Shown: positions 40,148-50,278, counted from the first letter of the stretch. The stretch: 64,000 nucleotides of DNA from an uncultured delta proteobacterium (GCA_963760795.1 CAVXEP010000013.1:128001-192000), one strand, 5' to 3'. The notes: generated from the sequence alone by a model not told the origin. Numbers and translations: made by a program.

Positions 40148-41973
40148 GGATTCTCCCCGAGCCGTTCGCGGCGCAAGCTAGAGCGCAGCTCGCCAGTCGC
40201 CGCCGCATCGAGTGCCTCACGCGCCACCACCACGCCGTAAATCTCCCGCGCTTCCTGGAGCGAGACGATGCCGTTTTCGATGTCGGTCACGACCCGCTCC
40301 GGTTCGCGATCGAGGGGATCGCCATAACCGCCACCGCTCGACATGCGCATGTAGAGCACATCATTCTTGCCGATATCGAATTCGCAATAGGGCAAGAGCC
40401 GGCCTTCGCCGCCGATGTCATCCAGCCTATCCGGCGCTTGCTGCGCCGCGATCACCTCGCCTACCCGCGTGCCTTCCTTCAACATGAGCAAACTCGGCGC
40501 CCCCGGGTAGCCGCCGAACATGCCTTGGCCCGAGTTACGCAGGCCGGCGACGCCCAGCGCGACGCCTTTGATCTTACCTTCCGGCGCGTCATGTACCGTC
40601 AGGGCCGACTCGCCGCCGGTGCCGCCGCGATAGCGCCCCGCGCCTGCCCCGCCCTTAGTGTTGCGGCGAAACAGATAGAGCAGCGGAAAGTTTGCCTCCA
40701 GCCACTCGATATTGTGACAGCTCAGGCCCCGTCCGGTGTCGTCGCCGTCCTTATAGGAGCGTGCGCCGGTGCCGTCGAGGGCGCCCTCGGAAAGCGTTGA
40801 GACGTAATACTTGCCATGCTGGTTGACGCCGGCATGGCGCGCCAGGCGATGACCGGCATTGAGCGCCATGACTTCGTTTTGCCATTTCTCGCTGGTGGCG
40901 AGCATCTGCATGATCGCCGAGTTGGCGACGAACTTCACAGTGGCGCCGCCGGACGTGGTATTAAGCGAAACCGGCGCCGGCGCTGTCGGATTGACCACCG
41001 TGCCCGCCGGCGCGATGACTTCGAGTGGTTTCAACGCGCCATGGTTCTTCGGCAGATCGTAAGCGAGCGTGCACAGGATCGACTCGTAACAAGCGCCGAA
41101 AGTCGCGTGATACGGCAAGTTGATGCCCTTCTTCGCCTGCGGACTGCTGCCGGTGAAATCGAACAGTAGATGATCGCCCTGCTTGGTCAGCTTGACATGA
41201 ACGTTCCAGGTTTCGCCGGCGTGAATACTGCCGCTATCGCTCCACGAGCCGTCGGGGATTTCCGCGATGCGCCGGCGCAGGATCGCTTCGGAGTAGTTGA
41301 GCATCTCCTGCGACACCGCGGTCACCAGCTCCGGGCCAAACTGTTCGTAAAGCGCCTGCATGCGCGCCTTGGCGACATTGTTGGCGGCGATCTCGCACTT
41401 TAAATCGAGACCCACCATCACCGGCTGGCGCGTCATGTTGATAATGGCGTCGAACAGGTCCTGCCTCAACTGGCCGCCCTCGACGAGTTTAATTCCGGGG
41501 ATGCGAATGCCTTCATGACAAATTTCCGTGGCCCCCGGCGAGTTGCCGCCCGGCGACATGGCGCCGATATCCATCACATGGACGAAGGTCGCGCTCCATC
41601 CGACCAATCGATCGCGAAAATGTATCGGCGAGATCAAATACACATCCGACTGATGGATCGCCGCCAGATAGGGATCGTTGAGCAGAAAAATATCGTCGGC
41701 ATGAATCCCAGACGTGTTTTCAAAGCGCTCGATGATTCGCTTGACCGCGAAGCCGGCGCAGGCGACATGCCAGCCCATGGAGTCCCCCGCCGACAAGACA
41801 TCGCCGTTGGCGAGATAGAGCGACGCCATGTAATCGTGCATCTGCGTCGTGTTGACTGTGCCGCCGACGCGTTCCAGCGCCGTGCCCATTTCCTTGGCGA
41901 TTTGATAGAGCCGGTGCGACAAAATCTCAAACGTGATCGGATCGACGCTATGGATGATCGGCGTTACTTCCAT
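40144..41973 (-). CDS. hydantoinase B/oxoprolinase family subunit (acetone carboxylase alpha-like)
   Basis: DPITFEI, FLLNDPY..HQSD, HVMDIG, EGIRIP and GGGYGDPLDR motifs. Confidence 0.9.
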   Translation of the reverse strand: MEVTPIIHSVDPITFEILSHRLYQIAKEMGTALERVGGTVNTTQMHDYMASLYLANGDVLSAGDSMGWHVACAGFAVKRIIERFENTSGIHADDIFLLNDPYLAAIHQSDVYLISPIHFRDRLVGWSATFVHVMDIGAMSPGGNSPGATEICHEGIRIPGIKLVEGGQLRQDLFDAIINMTRQPVMVGLDLKCEIAANNVAKARMQALYEQFGPELVTAVSQEMLNYSEAILRRRIAEIPDGSWSDSGSIHAGETWNVHVKLTKQGDHLLFDFTGSSPQAKKGINLPYHATFGACYESILCTLAYDLPKNHGALKPLEVIAPAGTVVNPTAPAPVSLNTTSGGATVKFVANSAIMQMLATSEKWQNEVMALNAGHRLARHAGVNQHGKYYVSTLSEGALDGTGARSYKDGDDTGRGLSCHNIEWLEANFPLLYLFRRNTKGGAGAGRYRGGTGGESALTVHDAPEGKIKGVALGVAGLRNSGQGMFGGYPGAPSLLMLKEGTRVGEVIAAQQAPDRLDDIGGEGRLLPYCEFDIGKNDVLYMRMSSGGGYGDPLDREPERVVTDIENGIVSLQEAREIYGVVVAREALDAAATGELRSSLRRERLGENP

Positions 41974-41974
41974 C

Positions 41975-44078
41975 TTAAGCTCCCAAGTGAATTCTAATGT
42001 TGCGGTACTCATCCATGGCGGCGCGGTCGTTGGGATTGACCACCATCGTGGTCACCGGCGTTTCGACGATCGCCGGGCCGGCGAACGCCATACCCGGATG
42101 CATCTTGACGAAATCGTAGACCGGCGTGGCAACAAACTTGCGCGCTTCTTCGAAGTAAACATCGCGCTTGCCCTTGATCGCCTGAGCGCCATCAGCGCTG
42201 CGCGCCAGTTCAGCCTTGATGTCAGGTTTCTTCAGCAAGCCCGTCGCCGTCAGGCGGAAGGTCAGGATTTCCTTGCCCGCTTCGCGGTAACCCGAACCCT
42301 GGCCGAACGCCCTTTCATAGAGGTCGTCGAAGCGCATAGACAGTTCTTCCATGTCGCGTTCTGTGATCGCCCCGCTACCCGCCTGGGAACGGCACGTTCA
42401 GTTCATGCACCTGGTAACGGTAACGCATGTCGACACTGCGCATGACCTGAACATCGCTCTCGGCAAATCCAGCGGCGCGCAGATCGCTGAGCGCGCGCTC
42501 TAACAGTCCAGCGAAGTTGTCGTTGACTCGCGCCGGCGCCACCGGCAGCACCACATGGTCGGATTTGCCATATTCGTAAACGACATCGGAGCTGATCAAT
42601 CCGGTGGCCCCATGAACGGACGCGGTCAGAGGAATAACCACTTGGCGGATCCCCAACTCCGCGGCGTAGCGGCTCGCGTGCACCGGCGCGGCGCCGCCAA
42701 AGGCGAAGAGCACGAAGTTGCGCGGATCATGGCCTTTCTCGACGGTCGCTTTACGGATCAGATCGCTCATATGCGAGTTGGCGATGCGATAAATGCCGCT
42801 GGCGGCTTCCACTTCGCTCATCCCGAGTGGTTTGGCGATTTTCTCACGGACGGCGTCCAGCGTTTTTGCCTTGTTCAATTTCATTCGGCCGCCGAGAAAG
42901 TAGTCGGCATTGAGATAACCGAGAATCAGGTCGGCGTCGGAAACCGTCGGCTCGCGGCCGCCGACATCGTAGCATACCGGTCCCGGCGCCGCGCCGGCGC
43001 CTTGCGGTCCGACTTTGAGCAAACCGGTGTCGCCGTCGATCCAGGCTATGCTGCCGCCGCCGGCGCCGATGGACTCGACCCAGATCTTGGTCGAGAGAAT
43101 ACTATGGCGCAAGATCACCGGCTTGTAGTCGCGTTCGATCACACCGTCGCGCACCACGCTGACTTTGAAAGTCGTGCCGCCCATGTCGGTGGCGAGGATA
43201 TTTTTTTCGCCGATATGTTCGCCGAGAAAGCGGGTGCCGACGATTCCCGCCGCCGGCCCGGACTCGATGATGCCCACGGCATTCTTGCAAGTGGCTTCGA
43301 TATCAAGCACGCCGCCATAGGCTTGCATGATCAGTGGATCGCGCTTGAGACCTTTGCTGCGCAGGATGCTTTTTAGGCTTTGCAAGTAACTGGAAATCTT
43401 CGGCCCGATGTAGGCGTTAAACACCGTGGTCGCGGCGCGTTCGAACTCGCCCAAATACGGCGCCACGTCGCTCGACAGGGTAAAATAGAGCTTGGGATAT
43501 TTTCTCTGCAGGATCGCCGCCAACTGCTTTTCATGGGCGTCGTTCAAGATCGACCAGAGAAAGCACACGGCCACCGACTCCACGCCCTTGGCGGCGAGCC
43601 GGTCCAGCGCGCGCTCGGCCGCATCGACATCGAGGCGGATCAGTTCGGCGCCCTTGTAATCGATCCGCTCGGGGATTTCTTCCACCAAGTTGCGCGGCAC
43701 AAAGGGCTCGGGTTTATCGAGCGCCGAGCGATGGGCGATCTCGTTCTCGGTGAGACCCTCGGCGATCTTGCCGCGCATCATGTGCAAGGTGTCGCCAAAA
43801 CCCTTGGTGAGAATCAATCCCGTCTTGGCGCCGGCGCGGGTGATCAAGGTATTGTCGCCCACGGTGCAGGCGTGAAAAAACAAGCGCGTCGAAGCGAGCA
43901 ACTCTTCGGCGCTGGCCAGGCCGAGATTCTTTGCCGCATCGGCGCTAGCGTTAAGCGCACCTTGAGAAAAATCCGCCGGCGTCGACAATGACTTGCCGAT
44001 GGTGACGCTGCCGGTCTCATCCACCACCACGCAATCGGTAAAAGTGCCGCCAATATCCACGCCGACGATGTAGCTCAT
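41975..44078 (-). CDS. hydantoinase A/oxoprolinase family ATP-binding subunit, frameshifted near 42383
   Basis: GVDIGGTFTD, ESGPAAG, DMGGTT and SIGAGGGSIA; ORF 41975..42352 supplies the C-terminus (GPAIVETPVTT). Confidence 0.9.
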
Positions 44079-44151
44079 GCTGCAGTTGACCTCGCTGTGC
44101 GCCTACGAATAACCTTGCGAATAGGACCAAATCCTTCGCTTCAAAATAGCC

Positions 44152-44225
44152 AGTAAAGAGTTAGTAGTGAGGAGTAAGGTGTCCGGATCCGAAACCCCTG
44201 ACTCCTAACTATTTACTCCTGACTT
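44152..44225. repeat. palindromic element with 7-nt periodic arms
   Basis: agtaaag-agttagt-agtgagg-agtaagg [tgtccggatccgaaac] cctgact-cctaact-atttact-cctgact. Confidence 0.85.
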
Positions 44226-44236
44226 CTTCTTCCCTT

Positions 44237-45238
44237 CTAGCATCCATACCCATCCCGGCACTTAATTCCCATCTCTCTCTGCACGTCACGCAAAAAACTG
44301 ACGTCGGCGATCTGCGCGATGGCGACCTTGTCGGGATCGACGCCTAGACGCGGCGCCGTTTGTTGTAACAAAACTTTCATGCCCTTTTCGGTGAAACCGC
44401 CGGGATCGTTGGGATACATGAATTGGAGCACCTGCGTGATCGCCTCGCGGGCGATGTCCAAACTGATTCTCAAATCTTTGGCGGCGATCTGCGCCGCCTC
44501 GTCGGGCCGTTGGCGAATCAGTTGCATGGCGCGCAGATGGGCGCGCAGCCAACGTTTGATCATTTCGGGATTTTCGCGAATCAGTTTGTCGTTGACCGCC
44601 GTACCGGAAAACGGCACCGGAAACACCTCGCCGGAATGCATCAAAACGCGGTAGCCCTTGCGCACCAACTCCGCGGCGATGTCGGGATTATTCGCCGCCG
44701 CCGCGACCTGTCCCTGATCCATCGCGATCACCCGCGCCTTGGCGTCGCCGATGGCGATGAATTTGACGTCGCGCACCGGATCGAGACCGAGCTTAAGCAG
44801 AATCAAGCGGGTCGCCAGATCGTTGGTCGCGCCCGGACTGGAGATGGCGATCGTCTTACCCTTCAAATCCTCCGCCGTGCGAATCTCCGGGCGGACCGTG
44901 AACTGAAAGGTCGAGGTATTGTAGATAAAATAAATCGCCTTGAGCGGCGCGCCGCGCAGCGCCGCGGTGATCGACGGCCCGGCGACACCGAAGTGGACTT
45001 CGTTGGCGATCAGCGCCGGCACCGACACCCGTGAGTTCATGACGATCACTTTGAGATCGAGCCGCTCGTCGGCGAAATAATTCTTGGCGCGGGCGACATA
45101 GGTCGGCAAGTAGCCAAAGTCCGGCGTCGAGATCGCTTGGTAGACCGGCATCACGCCCTTCGGCGCCTGCGCGGAACCGGTATCGGCACCGAATAATAGA
45201 AATAGGATTGCCAGAAGAGTTAAACAACGCGGCATCAT
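44237..45238 (-). CDS. NMT1/SsuA-type substrate-binding protein
   Basis: signal peptide; AEDLKGKTIAISSPG and GLDPVRDV motifs. Confidence 0.85.
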   Translation of the reverse strand: MMPRCLTLLAILFLLFGADTGSAQAPKGVMPVYQAISTPDFGYLPTYVARAKNYFADERLDLKVIVMNSRVSVPALIANEVHFGVAGPSITAALRGAPLKAIYFIYNTSTFQFTVRPEIRTAEDLKGKTIAISSPGATNDLATRLILLKLGLDPVRDVKFIAIGDAKARVIAMDQGQVAAAANNPDIAAELVRKGYRVLMHSGEVFPVPFSGTAVNDKLIRENPEMIKRWLRAHLRAMQLIRQRPDEAAQIAAKDLRISLDIAREAITQVLQFMYPNDPGGFTEKGMKVLLQQTAPRLGVDPDKVAIAQIADVSFLRDVQREMGIKCRDGYGC

Positions 45239-46329
45239 TTCGCTCCCGGAAACAGTTCGAGATATTTTTTCCCCAGTGCCGCGTAGCGCCGGCCGATATC
45301 GAGGGGGTCGGGCATGCGCACGTCGAGTCCTTTGAGCAGCTGGGTTTCCCGCGCCGGCACCTTGGGATGGGCCGGCATGCGGTCATGCGCGGCGAGAATG
45401 CGTTGTCCCTCTTCGGATAACAAGTAATCGATCAACAACGCGCCGGCAAAGGGATGGGGCGCCGTGCGCGTCATGAACAGAAAGCTCGGCCGCAAGAACA
45501 ACGGCCGTAGCGGCGCAAACCACACCGGCGCGCCTTGCTGCGACATGGTGATCACGGTGTTGAGATTGGTTTCCACGGAGAGATCGTATTCGCCGGCGGC
45601 GACTAACTGAGTAAGTAAACGCCGGCCGCGCACATGGTGCAAGTTCTGCTCGTTGAGGCCGCGCAAGAGTTTGATAGTAACGTCCTCACCCAGGTACTGC
45701 ATCAGGGCGCCAAACCAGTAGTAGGACTGGCTGTCCATCGCCATCTTGCCCTTCCAGCGCGGCCGGAGGAGATCTTCGAGACGCTGCGGCGCATCTTCCT
45801 TGTTCACCAATCGGGTGTTGTAAGCCGGCACGAGCACGTTCAATAGACTCACGTTCCAAATCCCATCCTTGTCTCGGTAGGATTCTGGATAGGCCGTCAG
45901 TTGCGGCGAGCGGTAGCGCGCCATCACGCCCCGGTCGATCAGCACGAGTATCCCCAACTCGCCGCTCTGGATCACGTCGGCGGCCAATTTTCCCGCCCGC
46001 GCTTCGGTTTCCACCCGGGCGATGATCGAAGCCCCGGAGAAACGTCCTACTTGCACGTTGACTCCGGGATATTTCTTGGTGAATCCGGCAGTAAGCGCGC
46101 TCGCCACCACCTGGTCGAGATTTAGATAAACCACCGCCTCGCCTTCGCTGCGCGCCGCTTCAAGCAAGCGCGCCTGCCGTTCAGCCGGCGGTAGAGAATC
46201 GAGAACTGCCAGTCTGTTTTCGCTGAGCTGTGCGGCATCGGCGCGGCTATAGGCAAACAGCAAGGCGCACAAGCCAAACCAAAAACCTCCACGGTAGCGG
46301 CGGAATCGTTGCACCGTTACCGGTACCAC
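45235..46329 (-). CDS. extracellular solute-binding protein (Fe3+-type); start at 46329 or 46314
   Basis: AARSEG, AYNTRLV, EDLLRPRWKG and APHPFAGALLIDYLLSEEGQ motifs. Confidence 0.85.
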   Translation of the reverse strand: MVPVTVQRFRRYRGGFWFGLCALLFAYSRADAAQLSENRLAVLDSLPPAERQARLLEAARSEGEAVVYLNLDQVVASALTAGFTKKYPGVNVQVGRFSGASIIARVETEARAGKLAADVIQSGELGILVLIDRGVMARYRSPQLTAYPESYRDKDGIWNVSLLNVLVPAYNTRLVNKEDAPQRLEDLLRPRWKGKMAMDSQSYYWFGALMQYLGEDVTIKLLRGLNEQNLHHVRGRRLLTQLVAAGEYDLSVETNLNTVITMSQQGAPVWFAPLRPLFLRPSFLFMTRTAPHPFAGALLIDYLLSEEGQRILAAHDRMPAHPKVPARETQLLKGLDVRMPDPLDIGRRYAALGKKYLELFPGAK

Positions 46330-46505
46330 CGTTTGAGATTTTTTAGATAGATGCCGAAGCCCAGCGCAACCAGCAAATATAAACCGCTGCGCCAGACCGC
46401 CCAACCGTCGCCGCTGGCATAGTTGCGGTACTCCCAAAACGCGAAGAAGACAAAAAATACCACGGCGCTGGAAATGAGAATCTTATGGGCGGTGACGATT
46501 TTCAT
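46317..46505 (-). CDS. small two-TM membrane protein
   Basis: 62-aa ORF MKIVTAHKILISSAVVFF...; two hydrophobic helices; abuts the SBP gene. Confidence 0.6.
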   Translation of the reverse strand: MKIVTAHKILISSAVVFFVFFAFWEYRNYASGDGWAVWRSGLYLLVALGFGIYLKNLKRWYR

Positions 46506-46530
46506 CGTGGTATTACTACGACGGAGCAAC

Positions 46531-46655
46531 GAGGGCGGGTTTCAAACCCGCCCCGATAATCCGGAAATTTTGTTTGAGCGCTTTGCGTTCTTTGCGGCAA
46601 ATCCACCGAATCCGAATCTTCCCTTACTCTGTGAACTCTATGCCCTCTGTGGTGA
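46531..46655. repeat. composite repeat (REP hairpin + TTTGCGYYC arm + ccgaatccgaatc + CTCTGTG 9-nt arm)
   Basis: gggcgggtttcaaacccgccc...ctttgcgttctttgcggc...ccgaatccgaatc...ctctgtgaactctatgccctctgtggtga. Confidence 0.82.
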
Positions 46656-46670
46656 GATAGTTCTCTTCGT

Positions 46671-48104
46671 TTAATGCACTCGCGCCGGCTGCAACACTGG
46701 CGCGGCTTGGCCGTCCAAGCGGACAAAGTAAACATAGTAAAGAACGAACGCCGTTGCCAGCACAGCGCCGCCGATCATATATGCGGTCTGCCAATCGCCC
46801 ATCGCCATCAGCGGCCCGGCCAAGCCGGCGCCGACGCCCATGGGGAACTCGACGAAGGCGTGCATGATGCCGTTGGTGGTGCCGCGCTCGCGCTCTTTGA
46901 CCACTTCCATGGCGAACAGGCTGTAGATCGGATCGGAGATGCCCTTGTTGGGATAAGGTCCGCCGACTAGAAGAATCGTGATCACGTAAAACACCCCGGC
47001 CATGGCCAGGCTGTTAGACATGCCTAACAATACCAGAGCCGGAATGCCGAGGAGCTTTACCATCGTCACCGTGCGCACCCGGCCGTAGCGCTGCACGATC
47101 AGCGGAGTGAATAAGGTCAGCAGCGCCGAAGAAATGGAACCGACGGCGAAGATCATGCCGATCTGGGTCGCCGTCGCTTTCAGATGCTGGTCAAAAAAAA
47201 GATTGAAGAACGGCGCGGAAAATCCCATGCCGAATCCGACCAGCCCTTCGGTCAGCGCCAGCATGCCGATGCGCCCATAACTCTCGATGCCTTTGACCCA
47301 GCGGCGGATATCGATCGCCTGCCACTCTTCGCGAATCAAGTAAATTGGCACCACCGAACAGAGCATCACCGGCAAGGCGCACAGCAGCGCCGCGCGCAAC
47401 GCCGGTGCGCTGTCCGGGCTCACATGAAACAACGAGGCGAACAGCAACGGCAACAAGCCGCCGGCGAGATTACCGACGCTCGCCGCGGCCACCTGGATGC
47501 CGCCGTTGAGGCTGAATAGATGCACCCGTTCATCTTGCCGGCTCTGCTCGACCATGAACGGCGGCCCGACGATGGCATGGCCGCCCTCGAATAGGCCGAT
47601 GACGGCGGCGAGAATCAACATCAAGTTCGGATCGGTGACGAAAATCACCGCGGTCGTCGCCAGCAGGTTGCCGCTGTAACCGATCAAAAAAACCCGGCGC
47701 CGGCCGAACAAGTCGGAGAGAATCCCGGAGGGAATGACCGACAGTCCATGACAGGTCCAGTTGATCGCGGCAAATTTCGCCACGAACAAAGTATCGAAGC
47801 CGACCGCGAGCAAATAAAGGTTGAACAAAAGCCGCAGCAAGCTCACCGACAAACCGCTGAAGGGGCTGCGCAGGAGAAGCAAGCGCGCGTTGCGGCTAAA
47901 ACCGCGAAAACGTTCGCCCAGCAAAGTGCCGCGCCGCGCCTGGCGGATGAGCAGCAGCGAAACGGCGAGGAGCGCAGTGCCGCCGGCGAACCATACCCAT
48001 AACGGCGCGATTCCCTGAGCTGCCGCGTCATGCTCGCCATGGGCCCAGGACAGAGAAGCAAGCAAGAGCGAGCCGAGAGCGATTATTTTAGACCACTGAC
48101 TCAT
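46671..48104 (-). CDS. MFS transporter with N-terminal extension
   Basis: GILSDLFGRRRV motif A, ERVHLFS and KERERG; AGGAGG RBS before ATG 48104. Confidence 0.85.
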   Translation of the reverse strand: MSQWSKIIALGSLLLASLSWAHGEHDAAAQGIAPLWVWFAGGTALLAVSLLLIRQARRGTLLGERFRGFSRNARLLLLRSPFSGLSVSLLRLLFNLYLLAVGFDTLFVAKFAAINWTCHGLSVIPSGILSDLFGRRRVFLIGYSGNLLATTAVIFVTDPNLMLILAAVIGLFEGGHAIVGPPFMVEQSRQDERVHLFSLNGGIQVAAASVGNLAGGLLPLLFASLFHVSPDSAPALRAALLCALPVMLCSVVPIYLIREEWQAIDIRRWVKGIESYGRIGMLALTEGLVGFGMGFSAPFFNLFFDQHLKATATQIGMIFAVGSISSALLTLFTPLIVQRYGRVRTVTMVKLLGIPALVLLGMSNSLAMAGVFYVITILLVGGPYPNKGISDPIYSLFAMEVVKERERGTTNGIMHAFVEFPMGVGAGLAGPLMAMGDWQTAYMIGGAVLATAFVLYYVYFVRLDGQAAPVLQPARVH

Positions 48105-48238
48105 CGCCTTCCCTCCTTGTGCCGGATTTGGGCGCATCATAGGACGAAGCTTTTGCGCCGCGCAAGCCATTTTTCCCGATCGAGTTGCCGCCATGGTGGC
48201 AAGCGCGTAGGATGCGCGCAGAATCAGGAGGAGTGACC

Positions 48239-48619
48239 ATGAACAAAGAAACCGTCAGCACCGACAAAGCGCCCAAGGCCATCGGCCCCTACGCACAAGC
48301 GATCAAAGCGGGTGAATTTATTTACACCGCCGGGCAAATTCCCATCGATCCGAAATCCGGCAATCTAATCGCTGGTGGCATCGCCGAACAAACGCGCCAA
48401 GTCTTGGAAAATCTCAAAGCGGTGCTGGAAGCCGCCGGTTCATCCCTCGACCAGGTAATCAAAGCGACGGTATTCTTGAAAAACATGGCCGACTTCACGG
48501 TGTTGAACGAAGTCTACGGCGAATACCTCGGTGAGGCGAAGCCAGCGCGCTCGACGGTCGCCGTCGCCGAGTTGCCGCGCGGCGCGTTGGTGGAGATCGA
48601 TTTCGTCGCCATGGTTTGA
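48239..48619 (+). CDS. ridA: RidA/YjgF reactive intermediate deaminase
   Basis: [16 protein letters not shown] and [20 protein letters not shown]. Confidence 0.93.
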   Translation: MNKETVSTDKAPKAIGPYAQAIKAGEFIYTAGQIPIDPKSGNLIAGGIAEQTRQVLENLKAVLEAAGSSLDQVIKATVFLKNMADFTVLNEVYGEYLGEAKPARSTVAVAELPRGALVEIDFVAMV

Positions 48620-48690
48620 TCGATGACTCTTGGCAGGCTGAACCGCCAAAACCATTCCACCGGACTTGAAAACCCAAGCGGTCCTGGGAG

Positions 48691-48724
48691 AAAACGGGGA
48701 GTCTAACCAACTCCCCGTTTTTTA
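48691..48724 (+). terminator. intrinsic (probably bidirectional) terminator after ridA
   Basis: aaaacggggagt-ctaacca-actccccgtttt followed by a T run. Confidence 0.85.
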
Positions 48725-48834
48725 TTGTGCTGTGCGTTTCTTTCCATGCTTGTTCGCGTCATGTGCGTCATTCGTTCCACAAAACGTTGGGTGCTTTGGA
48801 TACCGAGATGTTCACACGGAAACTTAATTAGCCG

Positions 48835-48890
48835 TGGACGCTTGCAGAGAGCGCCGCCTCTTCGAGCCCGCGCGGGCGGGATCTACCTGC
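48835..48890. repeat. ~57-bp imperfect direct repeat, left copy
   Basis: tggacgcttgcagagagcgccgcc...cgagcccgcgcgggcgggatctacctgc matches 49963..50020. Confidence 0.85.
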
Positions 48891-49135
48891 TGATAATGGA
48901 GCTTGACTGTGGTTTAGCGGACGAAATAGGCTGCGGGCCAGTGGGGAGATAGGCCGCGATGCTGCCCGGCTTTTGACAGTCAGAATGTTCTTACTGAGTT
49001 GGGGTAAGTGAATGAGGTCTGGAGCAATTCATTGATTTATTCGCGAACCGTGTTCGGAGATAGGCCGACCAGTTTTTTTCGCCGCATGATGCGGGTCACT
49101 TAATAGTTGGACCAGAGAGAGACACAGGAGTACAC

Positions 49136-49714
49136 ATGAATATCGGAGCGGCTCGTAAGAAAAATTGGACACCCATCGATTCAATCGCGCGCTGCCTGGC
49201 GTCCTTGTTCCTTTTCTTCCTGGCCTGTGCTTCAGCAGCCGAGGAAATATCGGAGCCTGAGAAGGCAGCGATGCTGGCCCTACCGTGGCTGAAATTCGAC
49301 CAGACGTTCGGATCTGGCTGGCGCGTTCTTTTCGCCCGGAAGCAGTATCTTCAGGCCGCGGAATTGATTGAAGCGTATTTGCGTCGGCATGATGAATTGA
49401 TTGCCCGCGAACGAGCAGTCTCCCATCTGCATGCGGCTCAGAATTTCGCCCGCGCCGGTCGGACGGAAACAGCGCTCGCACACTTGGATAAAGCGAGCAT
49501 TTCACCTGGAACGAAAAATATGCCGGAGGATTGGAATGAGCTGGTTATCTCGATGAGAGCGTTTCTAATCGGCGATCGCGACGGATTGGTCGCATCGAAG
49601 CGACGTGTTTCTGCAATGACGTCACCGGCGTTCCCGGACAACGCTGACGAATTACTCAGTCACTTCGGCAAGCGCTATGGAATTTGGTGGGACGAGGACA
49701 AAACTGATAAATAG
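49136..49714 (+). CDS. exported/membrane-anchored helical hypothetical protein
   Basis: 192-aa ORF with CAGGAG RBS, a hydrophobic N-terminal segment and a TPR-like pattern after FDQ..GSGWR. Confidence 0.7.
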   Translation: MNIGAARKKNWTPIDSIARCLASLFLFFLACASAAEEISEPEKAAMLALPWLKFDQTFGSGWRVLFARKQYLQAAELIEAYLRRHDELIARERAVSHLHAAQNFARAGRTETALAHLDKASISPGTKNMPEDWNELVISMRAFLIGDRDGLVASKRRVSAMTSPAFPDNADELLSHFGKRYGIWWDEDKTDK

Positions 49715-49962
49715 ACTAGGCGCAGAAACGCGTTCTAGGCCACATTATTTATCCTATGGAGTGGCAGAGGCAGGACCTAACAAACGCCTACGTCTCCCAG
49801 TCGTAATCCGCCGGTCTTTAAGTCCCGTTCACCTCTTCAATTTCCCTTGTATTGTTCCGCCTTTGCTGGCGCGATCCGATCGCGGTTAACATCCTGTGAA
49901 CAAATTCTGTCGTATTGATCAGCGAGCACCGCGGAGACGTCCCAACTTCACAATGGCTATCT

Positions 49963-50020
49963 TGGACGCTTGCTGAGAGCGCCGCCACTCGATCGAGCCT
50001 GCGCGGGCGGATCCACCTGC
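49963..50020. repeat. ~57-bp imperfect direct repeat, right copy
   Basis: tggacgcttgctgagagcgccgcc...cgagcctgcgcgggcggatccacctgc. Confidence 0.85.
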
Positions 50021-50153
50021 CGGCACGTTGCAAGTGAACCTCTTGCGCGTAGAGAAAAACGAAGGGCGATTAGGAAGGGTCGCCGCAAAGGAAGTTACCC
50101 TGACACAACATACCGGATCAGACGGTCGGAATCGGGAGCGATTTCGAAACCGA

Positions 50154-50278
50154 ATGGGCTGGAACTTAAGAAAACAGTCAGCGTCGGGAAGAGTTCCCGG
50201 CTCGACCTCTCGAAGCGGGGCATTTGGAGCCAGCGCAGGTATCCCCGGCTTTAGGATCGGCCTTGGGCCACGTTACGG
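50154..50278 (+). pseudogene. DUF4236-like N-terminal remnant
   Basis: MGWNLRK/TVSVGKSSRLDLSKRGI/GASAGIPGFRIGLGPR across frames; stops at the 3' end of the kinase gene. Confidence 0.6.

Noticed and set aside
48655-48690. tRNA-like anticodon arm (ggacttgaaaacc)
   Set aside because: The stem is mismatched, and no T-loop, acceptor stem or CCA can be built.
49715-49830. Integron attC site (ACCTAAC at 49775)
   Set aside because: No matching GTTRRRY partner with a proper palindromic body, and no integron integrase in the window.
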